11,135 bases of DNA from a virus (Duplodnaviria; Heunggongvirae; Uroviricota; Caudoviricetes), in IMG/VR virus record IMGVR_UViG_2606217110_000003; one strand, given 5' to 3'. Position 1 is the first letter of the stretch. Every line of letters starts with the position of its first letter. The notes under the pieces were generated by a model. It was given only the letters and a program-made list of their open reading frames with translations, searched no databases and was not told where the DNA came from. Shown here piece by piece: positions 1-9,048 of the stretch. Position numbers and translations under genes: made by a program.

Positions 1-2083
1 CCGCCCGGACCGTCAGCGTGTAACGCCCCAGCGCCAGTTGCCTGAAGCGGTATGTGGTTTCCGTCGTCCGGGCCGTGCTGACCAGCCGCTCACTGCCGTC
101 GTCCGCTGTTACGGTCAGACGGAGCAGGAAGCTCACGCCCTTCACCACCTTCGGTGTGTCCCATCGCGCCAGCACCTGATATTCCCCGCTGTCTGCAGTG
201 ACTTCTGCGGCCAGGTGCTGCACCGCTGGCGGCGTGACACCATTCACCGTGCCACTCTGGTCGCCGTCAAAGTGCGCCCCGTTATCCACGATGGCTTCTT
301 TTTCCGGTACATGCTGCACGGCGGTGATGGCATACGTGCCGTCGTCGTTCTCACGGATACTCACACAGCGGAACAGGCGCTGGCGCAACGTCGGCAACTT
401 CAGCCCCCACACGCTGTATTCTGCAACGCCGTCAGGAACCCGGCTCACTTTCACCTTCACGCCGTCGGTGACGGACTGGACCTGCACGCTGACCGGATTG
501 CCACTTCCGTCAACCAGGCTTATCAGCGTGGTACCGGAGGATGGCAGAGTGATTTCACGGTCGAGCGTCAGCGTCCGGGTCTGGCTGTTTACCGCCAGCA
601 CGCGCCCGCCGATGCTGATACCGGCATAGTCATCATCGCAGATTTCAATGACATCGCCCGGTACATGGCGAAGCCCTTCAGCACCCACGCTGAAATCCAC
701 GGTCTGCGTCTCCAGCAGTTCCGTTTTAATCAGCCACAGCCCGGCTCGGTGTGCCTGCCCCCGGCTGGTACAGCCAAAGGCATCCATCTTCGTGACATTA
801 CGACCGTAACGGGCAATGGCCTGCGTGTCCTCCACAAGCTCTGTTGCCGTTTCCCAGCCGTTATCCGGGTCAATCCAGTTCACCTCAACGGCATTATGGC
901 GGTCCTTCAGGGCGCTGAAACTGTAGCGGAACGGCGCGCCATCATCCAGCATCACCACATTACTGCGGTTATAGGTCCACACCTTATCCGACGGCCGGTC
1001 CTGCACGAACGTCAGCGTCTGCCCGTTCCATACCGGCATACAGCGCATCGCCGAGCAGAAATCACTGAGCACATCCCACGCCTTACGCTGTGTGGTCAGG
1101 TACGCATTACAGGTGATGCGCGGCTCCGTACCGCCAAAGCCGTCCGGCACCGACTGGTCGCAGTACTGGCCGATGACATACAGCGCCCATTTATCCACAT
1201 CTGCCGCACCAAGACGTTTCCCCATGCCGTAGCGCGGATGGGTCAGCATATCCCACAGACACCAGGCCATGTTGTTGCTGTATGCCGGTTTAAACGTTCC
1301 GTCCCAGATACCGCTGTATTGTCGCGTCTGCGGGTTATAGTTCGACGGCACCTGCAGAATGCGCCCGCGCAGATGATAATTACGGCTCACCTGCTGGCTG
1401 CCGAACTGCTCCGAATCCACCTGCACGCCGACCAGTGCCGTGTTCGGGTAGCACTGTTTCACATCGATGATTTCGGTGTATGACGACCAGAGCGTTTTGT
1501 TCTGCAGCTGGTCTGTGGTGCTGTCCGGCGTCATCCTGCGCATCCGGATATTAAACGGGCGCGGCGGCAGGTTACCCACCACCACCGAGGCCAGATACTG
1601 CGAGGTGGTTTTGCCTTTAATGGTGATGTCTTTTTCCGTCACCCAGCCACCGTTACGCTGTATCTGAACCAGCAGGCGGACTTCCGATGGATTCCTGTCC
1701 CCCTTTGAGGTGGTTTCCACCAGTGCCTGCACACCGAAGGTAAAACGCAGACGGTCGATGTTTGCCGACGTGATGGTCCGGGTGATCGGCGTATCATATT
1801 TCACTTCCGTACCCAGCACCGTCTCGGAGCCGGAGGATTCAAACCCCTCCGGCGGTGACTGCTCCTGCTCACCGGCCCGGAACACCACCGTGACGCCGGA
1901 TATATTGGTATTCCCCTCACTGTCCAGCACCGGCGTACTGTTCAGCAGCACGCTTTTTAATCCATCCACCGGACCTTCAACCGGCCCTTCGCTGATGGCA
2001 TCGATCACACTCAGCAACTGCGTGGACTTCAGGTTGTCCTTCGCTTCGCGCGGGGTATGCCCCTTACTGCTGCCTTTACCCAT
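1..2083 (-). CDS. J: Tail tip / central tail fibre protein J, N-terminal 694 codons; gene continues beyond the window start
   Basis: ATG at 2083-2081 with GGAG/GAGGA upstream. I translated the minus strand continuously from 2083 to position 1 with no stop or frame change: MGKGSSKGHTPREAKDNLKSTQLLSVIDAISEGP ... TTYRFRQLALGRYTLTVRA, recognisably lambda gpJ. No stop in window, so absent from the ORF track. Confidence 0.93.
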   Translation of the reverse strand, partial: MGKGSSKGHTPREAKDNLKSTQLLSVIDAISEGPVEGPVDGLKSVLLNSTPVLDSEGNTNISGVTVVFRAGEQEQSPPEGFESSGSETVLGTEVKYDTPITRTITSANIDRLRFTFGVQALVETTSKGDRNPSEVRLLVQIQRNGGWVTEKDITIKGKTTSQYLASVVVGNLPPRPFNIRMRRMTPDSTTDQLQNKTLWSSYTEIIDVKQCYPNTALVGVQVDSEQFGSQQVSRNYHLRGRILQVPSNYNPQTRQYSGIWDGTFKPAYSNNMAWCLWDMLTHPRYGMGKRLGAADVDKWALYVIGQYCDQSVPDGFGGTEPRITCNAYLTTQRKAWDVLSDFCSAMRCMPVWNGQTLTFVQDRPSDKVWTYNRSNVVMLDDGAPFRYSFSALKDRHNAVEVNWIDPDNGWETATELVEDTQAIARYGRNVTKMDAFGCTSRGQAHRAGLWLIKTELLETQTVDFSVGAEGLRHVPGDVIEICDDDYAGISIGGRVLAVNSQTRTLTLDREITLPSSGTTLISLVDGSGNPVSVQVQSVTDGVKVKVSRVPDGVAEYSVWGLKLPTLRQRLFRCVSIRENDDGTYAITAVQHVPEKEAIVDNGAHFDGDQSGTVNGVTPPAVQHLAAEVTADSGEYQVLARWDTPKVVKGVSFLLRLTVTADDGSERLVSTARTTETTYRFRQLALGRYTLTVRA

Positions 2084-2093
2084 TCCTCACGCT

Positions 2094-2125
2094 CCATAAA
2101 CGACAAAACCGCCCGCAGGCGGTTT
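2094..2125 (-). terminator. I-J intergenic stem-loop with U-rich tail (terminator-like)
   Basis: Minus strand after the I stop: AAACCGCC-TGCG-GGCGGTTT (8-bp stem, 4-nt loop) followed by TGTCGTTTAT, ending ~10 nt before the J RBS. Confidence 0.3.
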
Positions 2126-2143
2126 CACATAAAATATTTTGCA

Positions 2144-2815
2144 TCATCGACCAATCACCACAACCTGACCACCATCCCCTTCGTCTGCCGTGCTGATCTC
2201 CTGAGAAATCACGCGTGACCCCACGCGCATTTCACCGTACAGAACGGGCAGAACATTGCCCTGGGCAACCATGTTATCCAGTGAGGAGAAATACGTGTTC
2301 TGCTTACCGTTATCCGTTGTCTGTGTACGGGGAGTTCTGGCTTTCGGTGCCAGCATCTGCGCCACACCACCGAGCACCATACTGGCACCGAGAGAAAACA
2401 GGATGCCGGTCATACCACCGGCCCCAATGGCTGCCCCCCATGCTGCAAGGGTGGCTCCGGCGGTAAAGAATGATCCGGCAATGGCGGCTGCTCCCAGGAC
2501 AATCTGGAATACACCACCTGACTTGGCCCCGGCGACTCTGGGAACAATATGAATCACAGCGCCATCAGGCAGAGTCTCATGTAACTGCGCCGTTAATCTG
2601 GACGTGCTGACGTCCCGCCCGGCAATCCGTACCTGATACCAGCCGTCGCTCAGTTTCTGACGAAACGCCGGGAGCTGTGTGGCCAGCGCCCGGATGGCTT
2701 CAGCCCCCGTTTTCACACGAAGGTCGATGCGGCGGCCAAATCGTTGTAAATCCCCGTAAAGGCAGATGCGCGCCATGCCCGGTGACGCCAGAGGGAGTGT
2801 GTGCGTCGCTGCCAT
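2144..2815 (-). CDS. I: Tail tip assembly protein I
   Basis: 223-aa ORF in the track (MAATHTLPLASPGMARICLYGDLQRFGRR...GGQVVVIGR), recognisably lambda gpI; overlaps the 3' end of K by 103 nt in another frame. Confidence 0.92.
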   Translation of the reverse strand: MAATHTLPLASPGMARICLYGDLQRFGRRIDLRVKTGAEAIRALATQLPAFRQKLSDGWYQVRIAGRDVSTSRLTAQLHETLPDGAVIHIVPRVAGAKSGGVFQIVLGAAAIAGSFFTAGATLAAWGAAIGAGGMTGILFSLGASMVLGGVAQMLAPKARTPRTQTTDNGKQNTYFSSLDNMVAQGNVLPVLYGEMRVGSRVISQEISTADEGDGGQVVVIGR

Positions 2816-3456
2816 TTGTCGGTATACCTCTCTCGTTTGCTCAGTTGTTCAGGAATATGGTGCAGCAGCTCGCCGTCACCACAGTAAATGGCGGCATGAT
2901 TCGGCACCGATGAACCAAAACAGCACAGCAGCACATCGCCCGGTTGTGCTGATGACAACGGCACCTGATACAGCCCTGTGTCCTCCAGATTATCCAGATA
3001 GAGATTCTGACCGTGACGCCACCAGTCATCCTCGCGATGAAAATCCGGCATCTCAATCCCCGCCAGATGATAAGCATCCCGGAACAGCGTGTAACAGTCC
3101 GTCACCCCGTGCTCAAAGCGCCGCCCGGTGAGATGCGGCACACAGCGGAACTTATGAATCGTCCCCCGGCAGACCAGCCACCACGGCAAATCACTCTGCA
3201 CCTGCAGCCGCCGGTCGGCCTCACTCAGCCAGGGCAGACCACCGGGGTGGCTGTGGACCAGCGCCACAATCTCACCCTGCATTTCTGCCTGCAGCCAGTC
3301 CTCCGGAGCCATCCGGAAATAATCCTCCGGCTCACCGGAAATATTCACGCAGGGAAAATATCTTTCCCCCTCCGGCGCTCTCACCACGAAGCCGCACGAC
3401 TCCGCTGGCGCACATCGCCGGGCGTGCGCCAGAATCGCTGATTCTGTCTGTGTCAT
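2713..3456 (-). CDS. K: Tail tip assembly protein K (MPN/JAMM-like plus NlpC/P60-like domains), long form starting at MTQTES
   Basis: Track ORF 2713..3531; the first ATG after the L stop (3456-3454) gives 247 aa, MTQTESAILAHARRC...AAASTFV. HSHPGGLPWLSEAD is a JAMM-like motif. The lambda reference, as I recall, starts at the internal MAPEDW (codon starting at 3312, 199 aa). Confidence 0.85.
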   Translation of the reverse strand: MTQTESAILAHARRCAPAESCGFVVRAPEGERYFPCVNISGEPEDYFRMAPEDWLQAEMQGEIVALVHSHPGGLPWLSEADRRLQVQSDLPWWLVCRGTIHKFRCVPHLTGRRFEHGVTDCYTLFRDAYHLAGIEMPDFHREDDWWRHGQNLYLDNLEDTGLYQVPLSSAQPGDVLLCCFGSSVPNHAAIYCGDGELLHHIPEQLSKRERYTDKWQRRTHSLWRHRAWRASAFTGIYNDLAAASTFV

Positions 3457-3460
3457 GGGA

Positions 3461-4159
3461 TTACTGCGAAAGTTTGTTAATGGAAAGGAAGCCGCCAAAG
3501 TTGCCGACGTTATTGCGGAACTTACAGCCACTCAGGCATTTGCTGCATTTATCCTTCGTGATATCGGACGTCGGCTGGTCATATTCATCCGCGACAGCCG
3601 GACCGCTATAACCGCACTCGTCACCGCGATAGGTCCAGGTGCAGGTGTTGGCCAGCATGATACGTCCCGGAAAAACAGCGCCATCCGTTTCCGTCGGCGT
3701 GGACAGTACAAAGGAGGCACTCACCGCGCTCAGTTCGCTGCACTGCTCAATGCGCCAGCGGCTGATCACCTCCTGCTCCGGATCGGCGTAACTGTTTCCG
3801 TTGACGAAGTTCACCGCATCCAGAAAACGGGCATAAACCTTACGCCGGACCACCGTTCCGCCGACCAGACTCTGCATATCTTCCGCCATCCCGGTGACCA
3901 TACCGTACAGGTTAGAAACCGTCAGCGTGGGGCGCGTACTGGTGCCTTTGCCATTCAGTTCAAAACCACTCCCCTGAATGGGATACGGCTGATACTGTCG
4001 CCCCTGCCAGGTGACCGGCTCACCTTTTTCGTTCTGCTCATTACAGAAAAAATAACGTTCTCCACCGACCTCTGTCAGGTCGATTTCCCAGAGCACCACG
4101 CTGGCCGACTGCTCCGCACGGGTGCATTCATTCAGTGTTTCCTGCCGGATATCCTGCAT
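3461..4159 (-). CDS. L: Tail tip protein L
   Basis: 232-aa ORF (MQDIRQETLNECTRAEQSASVVLWEIDL...), recognisably lambda gpL; its ATG overlaps the M stop by 1 nt. Confidence 0.93.
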   Translation of the reverse strand: MQDIRQETLNECTRAEQSASVVLWEIDLTEVGGERYFFCNEQNEKGEPVTWQGRQYQPYPIQGSGFELNGKGTSTRPTLTVSNLYGMVTGMAEDMQSLVGGTVVRRKVYARFLDAVNFVNGNSYADPEQEVISRWRIEQCSELSAVSASFVLSTPTETDGAVFPGRIMLANTCTWTYRGDECGYSGPAVADEYDQPTSDITKDKCSKCLSGCKFRNNVGNFGGFLSINKLSQ

Positions 4160-4488
4160 CAGTTCACCACCTGTTCAAACTCTGCGCTGAACTCAACACG
4201 CAGCATACTGACCCGCGACGACCATTTTGCGCAGGTCACCTTTATCTGCCGCCACTCATAAGGCGGCGTCCACAGAAAGGCTTTCCAGCCCCCGTGCTCT
4301 TCCAGAAACGACTCCAGCGCCGTGGCCTCCCAACGGGGGACAGAAAGCGTCACGCTGTACGTTTTCAGGTTGGCATTCAGCCCGGCAGGCGCTCGCTGGG
4401 AATAGCCATCACCAAAGCGCACCTTTCTTACAGAAGGGGCCGAAGCCACATCCATACCGGGTTTCACTTTCCAGCGGAAGGTTTTCAT
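4159..4488 (-). CDS. M: Tail tip protein M
   Basis: 109-aa ORF (MKTFRWKVKPGMDVASAPSVRKVRFGDGYSQ...), recognisably lambda gpM; ATGA overlap with the H stop. Confidence 0.93.
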   Translation of the reverse strand: MKTFRWKVKPGMDVASAPSVRKVRFGDGYSQRAPAGLNANLKTYSVTLSVPRWEATALESFLEEHGGWKAFLWTPPYEWRQIKVTCAKWSSRVSMLRVEFSAEFEQVVN

Positions 4489-7058
4489 CGTCCACCTCCG
4501 GAGAACAGACCACCATCGCGCATCTGCCCGGTCACAACATCCATTGCCGCCTTACGGGCTACGTCATAAACAGCCTTCAGCGCCTGTGGCCCTATCTGAC
4601 CGTTCGTGCCGTCGTTGTTAATCACCACATGGTTATTCTGCTCAAACCCGAACCCCTGAACGCCGCATTTGCGCCGGACTTCCGGTGCCACCGACATAAC
4701 CGCCGGTGGCATAGCCGCGCATCAGCCGGTAGAGATTCCCCACGCCAATCCGGCTGGTTGCCTCCTTCGTGAAGACAAATTCACCACGGTGAACAATCCC
4801 CGCTGGCTCATATTTGCCGCCGGTTCCCGTAAATCCTCCGGTTGCAAAATGGAATTTCGCCGCAGCTGCCTGAATGGCTGTACCGCCTGACGCGGATGCG
4901 CCGCCACCAACAGCCCCGCCAATAGCGCTGCCGATACTCCCGACAATCCCCACCATTGCCTGCTTAAGCAGAATTTCTGTCATCATGGACAGCACGGAAC
5001 GGGTGAAGCTGCGCCAGTTCTGCTCACTGCCGGTCAGCATCGCCGCCATATTCTGTGCAATACCATCAAAGGTCTGCGTGGCTGCACTTTTTACCTGCAA
5101 CATACTGTCCGTGGCGCTCTCTTCCCACTCACTCCAGCCTGACCTGAGGCCTGCCATCCAGCTCCCGCGAAGCTGGTCTTCAGCCGCCCAGGTCTTTTTC
5201 TGCTCTGACATGACGTTATTCAGCGCCAGCGGATTATCGCCATACTCCTCCTTCAGGCGCTGTTCCGTGGCTTCCCGCGCTGCCTGCCGGTCAGTCAGCC
5301 CCCGGCTTTTCGCATCAATGGCGGCCCGTTTTGCCCGTTGCTGCTGTGCAAATTTATCCGCCTGCTGCGCCAGTTCGTTCAGCCGTTTCTGGTGTTCAAC
5401 CTTATCGCCAAGTTCAGCCAGCTGACGTTTGTACTCCAGCGTCTCTTTTTCATGAGCAAGAAGAGATTTTTCCTCGTACGGACAGCTGGCGACGTTGTGC
5501 CGCCTCCTCCAGCACCGCAAACTGACTTTCTGCCTTCCACAAATCCCGGCGCTGCTGGCTGATTTTCTCATTCGCTCCGCATGCTGCTCAAGCATCCGGA
5601 GTTCAGCCTGAAACGCAAGAAGAGCAGCATGAGCACGATCTTCCTGACGATCGCCCGCAGACACCTTCACGCCGGACTGTTTCGGCTTTTTCAGCGTCGA
5701 TTCATAATCCTTTTTCGCCGCCGCCATCAGCGTGTTGTAATCCGCCTGCAGGATTTTCCCGTCTTTCAGTGCCTTGTTCAGTTCTTCCTGACGGGCGGTA
5801 TATTTCTCCAGCGGTGTCTGCAGCCGTTCGTAAGCCTTCTGCGCCTCTTCGGTATATTTCAGCCGTGATGCCTCAGATTCGGCCCAGTCCTTTGCTGCCA
5901 TCTCTCTGGCCTTTTCAAGATCGGCCAGCAACATCGCGACTGAAAGCCCAAGATGCGCATTCGCTCTGTCTTCCCATGCTCCACGGAGATTGGCAAGAAA
6001 TGCTGAGGTTTTACCGCGCCGGTGGCTCCGGCTCTCATACCACTGCCATTTCTTGTCCGCTTCATAAAAAGCCTCTGCCTTAAGCAGCATATCAGCGAGG
6101 AATCAGGACGACCAATATCCAGCACCGCATCCCACATGGATTTGAAGGCCCGCGCTGTCCTGTCTGCCCAGGTCTCCAGCGTGCCCATGTTCTCTTTCAG
6201 GCGGCGGGTCTGGTCATCAAACCCCTTCGTCGCGGCCTCGTTCGCCGCCTGCAATGCCCCGGCTTCATCGCCGGAACGCTGCAACTGAGCAACATACGCA
6301 ATCTGCTCCGCCGTCACGTTATGGAACTGGCGTGCCATCGCTGTCAGCCCTGACGTCGGGTCTGTGGTCAGCTTCCCGAAGGCTTCAGCGACCTTGTCCA
6401 CCTCCACGCCGGATGCAGAGGAGAAACGCGCCACACTCTGGCTGATGGATGCAATCTGAGCCTCACCGCTTACCCCCGCCTTAACCAGTGCACTGAGTGA
6501 CTCGCTGGTCTGGTTAAACGTCAGCCCTGCCGCCTGCCCGGCTCTGGACAGGACCAGCATACGATCTGCCGTCAGTCCCGCCTGATTGCCGGAAAGGACC
6601 AGCGTTTTGTTGAAATCGGACAGGGTTGAGTCCCCCTGATACCAGGCATACGCCAGCGCACCGGTCGCCACCGCCAGCGAGGTGGCCCCGACCATCGGCA
6701 GGGTGATCGCACCGGCAAGCCCCCTGAACATGGGGATCATCCCGCCGAAGGAGTCCTTCACCTGACCACCCTGTTGCAGCAGGATCAGCCACGGACTTTG
6801 CCCGCCTGCAAGCTGCGTGGCCACGTCGGTGAACTGTGCAGGCAGCATACGCATGGCAGCTTTATACTGCCCGACGGAAATCCCCGCTTTCTGTGCAGCC
6901 AGCGCCTGTCGGCTCAGCGACTGTTCAACGACTGCCGCTGTTTTTTTCGCATCACTTTCCGTACCGGAAAAATGACGCCTGACTCTGGCCATCTGCTCGT
7001 CAAATCTGGCCGCATCCAGACTTAAATCAACGACCAGATCGCCTACCGGTTCAGCCAT
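4485..7058 (-). pseudogene. H: Tail tape-measure gene H with interrupted reading frame (frameshifted pseudogene or sequencing error)
   Basis: The N-terminal ~320 codons (track ORF 5859..7058, MAEPVGDLVVDLSLDAARFDEQ...DIGRPD) and the last ~65 codons (track ORF 4485..4712, ...FEQNNHVVINNDGTNGQIGP...LFSGGGR) share one frame. The middle ~1.4 kb (track ORF 4642..6090, ...SRLKYTEEAQKAYERLQTPLEK...) is in another. Frame transitions lie near 6088-6102 and 4646-4690. Total span 2574 nt is a multiple of 3. Confidence 0.75.
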
Positions 7059-7485
7059 ACCGGACTCCTCCTGCGATCCCTTCTGATACTGTCATCAGCA
7101 TTACGTCATCCTCCGTCATGTCCGCCACATCCGGGGAAGCGGGGATAACTTCATTCCCGTCCGGGCCAAAGCGGACACCTCCGGCAAGCCCTGCCGCTTT
7201 CTGCATCAGCACATCATCTTCAGGCTCTTCGTCAGCCTCGCGCCGGTTCAGCAGACTGAAATCCAGCGGATGCATATCCGGATCGCTGAAAAACAGGCTG
7301 AGCACGGTGTACGTCAGCCCGGAAAAGTGCATATCCAGCAGAACATCATGAAAATAATGGGTACTGTAAAAGCGGTGCCAGTCGGCATACTCCGTGGATG
7401 ACATCCCGGCAAGCATGGCACGCCAGTCGGGTCGCCCCATCTCACGCGCCAGTTTCAGGGCAAAACTCAGCTCACCGTCGAACAC
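7051..7485 (-). CDS. T: Tail assembly chaperone T segment, expected to be expressed only as the G-T fusion via -1 frameshift
   Basis: 144-codon ORF in the -1 frame relative to G (..FDGELSFALKLAREMGRPDWRAM...), recognisably lambda gpT; it has no RBS or ATG of its own and starts inside the G 3' end; its stop overlaps the H start. Confidence 0.85.
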   Translation of the reverse strand: MFDGELSFALKLAREMGRPDWRAMLAGMSSTEYADWHRFYSTHYFHDVLLDMHFSGLTYTVLSLFFSDPDMHPLDFSLLNRREADEEPEDDVLMQKAAGLAGGVRFGPDGNEVIPASPDVADMTEDDVMLMTVSEGIAGGVRYG

Positions 7486-7889
7486 TTTCCCGCAGAAACA
7501 GGCTCTGCTGGCCCGGCGTCATCTGCCTGTTCAGGTGCATCATTCACAACAAACTCAGACATACCGGACAGACGCATTACCACATTTTCAGCCTGAGCAA
7601 TTGCCTCTGTGGGCCAGGTGGTAAGCACTTCCTGCTCAATTTGTTTAACGGCTTCATTCATGGACGGCATCTTTGTCTTCTGCGGATGGTTATGCCACAG
7701 GGACATCGCCACCAGAAAAGCACCGGTTCTGACGAGATCTTCCACGCTCACCTGTCGATTGAGACTGGCTCCCGCCTGTTCTGCCTGTCGTTTCAGCAGG
7801 GCGAGATGCTCAATTCGCTGCAGGGCTGACAGTTCAGAAAGCGTGACGGTCACACCGTTATATTCAAATGATTCGGTTTTCAGGAACAT
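7467..7889 (-). CDS. G: Tail assembly chaperone G
   Basis: 140-aa ORF (MFLKTESFEYNGVTVTLSELSALQRIEHLALLKRQ...SAGKCSTVS), recognisably lambda gpG. Confidence 0.93.
   Translation of the reverse strand: MFLKTESFEYNGVTVTLSELSALQRIEHLALLKRQAEQAGASLNRQVSVEDLVRTGAFLVAMSLWHNHPQKTKMPSMNEAVKQIEQEVLTTWPTEAIAQAENVVMRLSGMSEFVVNDAPEQADDAGPAEPVSAGKCSTVS
7495..7501 (-). other. Programmed -1 ribosomal frameshift slippery heptamer G GGA AAG (G to G-T fusion)
   Basis: Minus strand reads GCG GGA AAG TGT TCG ACG GTG AGC TGA (..AGKCSTVS stop) in the G frame; slipping -1 at GGGAAAG gives GGG AAA GTG TTC GAC GGT GAG CTG.. = GKVFDGELSF, the T frame. Confidence 0.85.
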
Positions 7890-7904
7890 CGCTGACTCTC
7901 CGGA

Positions 7905-8645
7905 TTAACTGGCGGTGACGGTAATTTCTGCAACCGCAGCAAACTCACCATTACCGGATACAACCGGAATGTTGACCTTGCCTGCAGCAACACCTTTCAC
8001 GGTGATGGTCATACCACTGACCGACACGGTGGCTTTTGTTTTATCCGCAGACACCGCACGGAAGCTCTTGTCGGTTGCGCCCTCCGGCTGGAATGCCACG
8101 GTCAGCGTGGTGCTCTGCCCTTTCACCACCGAGGTGCTGGCAGGCGTCACGGTCATGCCGGTTGCCGCTGTTACCGTGCTGCGATCTTCTGCCATCGACG
8201 GACGTCCCACGTTGGTGACTTTCACCGTGCGGGTGATCACTTCCTTCGCCGTCACCGCCTTACCGATACTGCTGACCCAGCCACGGAACACATCGACTGT
8301 GCCGTTCGGGAAGCGGATTTTATAGGCACGGGTATCACCTTCATTAAACCACGCCAGCAGCGCCTGCTGCCCCTGCTCTCCGGGCATCCACGCCAGCGTG
8401 AAGCTGGTATCTCCGGCAGATTTCTGCCCCTGCCCGGTCGCAGTCCAGTCTGCATCTTCATCATCGAGATAGCTGTCGTCATAGGACTCAGCGGTCAGTT
8501 CGCCGGGCGTCAGGTCTTTAACCTTTGCCAGACGCGACCAGTCAACGTCTGAAAGCGGATTCGCATAAGGGTCACCGCTCCCCTTATAAACCCACAGGGT
8601 GGTCCCGGCACCTTTCACCGGCATTACAGGATTTGGTACAGGCAT
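7905..8645 (-). CDS. V: Major tail tube protein V
   Basis: Track ORF 7905..8675; the start is placed at [30 protein letters not shown] (ATG 8645-8643, GAGGA RBS upstream, 246 aa), recognisably lambda gpV; the longer track start lies inside U. Confidence 0.93.
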   Translation of the reverse strand: MPVPNPVMPVKGAGTTLWVYKGSGDPYANPLSDVDWSRLAKVKDLTPGELTAESYDDSYLDDEDADWTATGQGQKSAGDTSFTLAWMPGEQGQQALLAWFNEGDTRAYKIRFPNGTVDVFRGWVSSIGKAVTAKEVITRTVKVTNVGRPSMAEDRSTVTAATGMTVTPASTSVVKGQSTTLTVAFQPEGATDKSFRAVSADKTKATVSVSGMTITVKGVAAGKVNIPVVSGNGEFAAVAEITVTAS

Positions 8646-8652
8646 AGCGTCC

Positions 8653-9048
8653 TCACATTTCATAGGTAATGACATAAGTCAGATCGGCTGAACTCCACAG
8701 GCCCGCATCATCGTCGCGCCGGTAGTCATAGCCGCTGGCCACCATACTGGTGATCAAATCTGACAGTGCCGGGATATCGCTCATCACCGGATAAATCCGG
8801 GACTCCATCCACGCATCCAGCTCTGAATCCGGCACCTGAGCAGGCAGGAAAACTTCAATATGCAGCTCCGCCTGCCAGGTATCGCTGTCCAGCTCTTCGC
8901 CCGTGTATTCAGCGCCGGTGAGATAAACGGCAACTGCCGGAAAATCCGCCTCATCAAAAACAGCGGGGCGACCATCAAAAAACGTCGCCCCGGTGTCATG
9001 CTTCTCCAGTGCATCCAGTACGGCTGCACGGAGTTCAGTATGTTTCAT
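8653..9048 (-). CDS. U: Tail terminator protein U
   Basis: 131-aa ORF ([28 protein letters not shown]...), recognisably lambda gpU; ATGA overlap with the Z stop. Confidence 0.93.
   Translation of the reverse strand: MKHTELRAAVLDALEKHDTGATFFDGRPAVFDEADFPAVAVYLTGAEYTGEELDSDTWQAELHIEVFLPAQVPDSELDAWMESRIYPVMSDIPALSDLITSMVASGYDYRRDDDAGLWSSADLTYVITYEM

Noticed and set aside
38-1483. 481-aa plus-strand ORF, the longest in the track
   Set aside because: It lies antisense to J, whose minus-strand frame I translated continuously with recognisable gpJ sequence. The plus-strand product is Arg/His/Pro-rich low-complexity sequence typical of antisense frames in GC-rich genes, and it has no RBS context.
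3455-4261. 268-aa plus-strand ORF
   Set aside because: Antisense to L and the 5' end of K, which are clearly coding on the minus strand; no independent support.
4874-5425. Plus-strand 183-aa Ala/Pro/Ser-rich ORF and other plus-strand ORFs inside H
   Set aside because: Antisense to the tape-measure gene; low-complexity composition mirrors the Ala/Glu/Lys-rich sense strand.
5859-7058. Treating the 399-aa and 482-aa minus-strand ORFs (and the 75-aa ORF 4485..4712) as three separate genes
   Set aside because: They are contiguous pieces of one tape-measure gene in shifted frames; the tails and heads of the ORFs beyond the transition points are out-of-frame read-through, not real protein.
8646-8675. 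Upstream ATG start for V (256-aa version, [10 protein letters not shown]..)
   Set aside because: It lies inside the U coding sequence; the MPVPNP start has a GAGGA RBS and gives the lambda-length 246-aa product.
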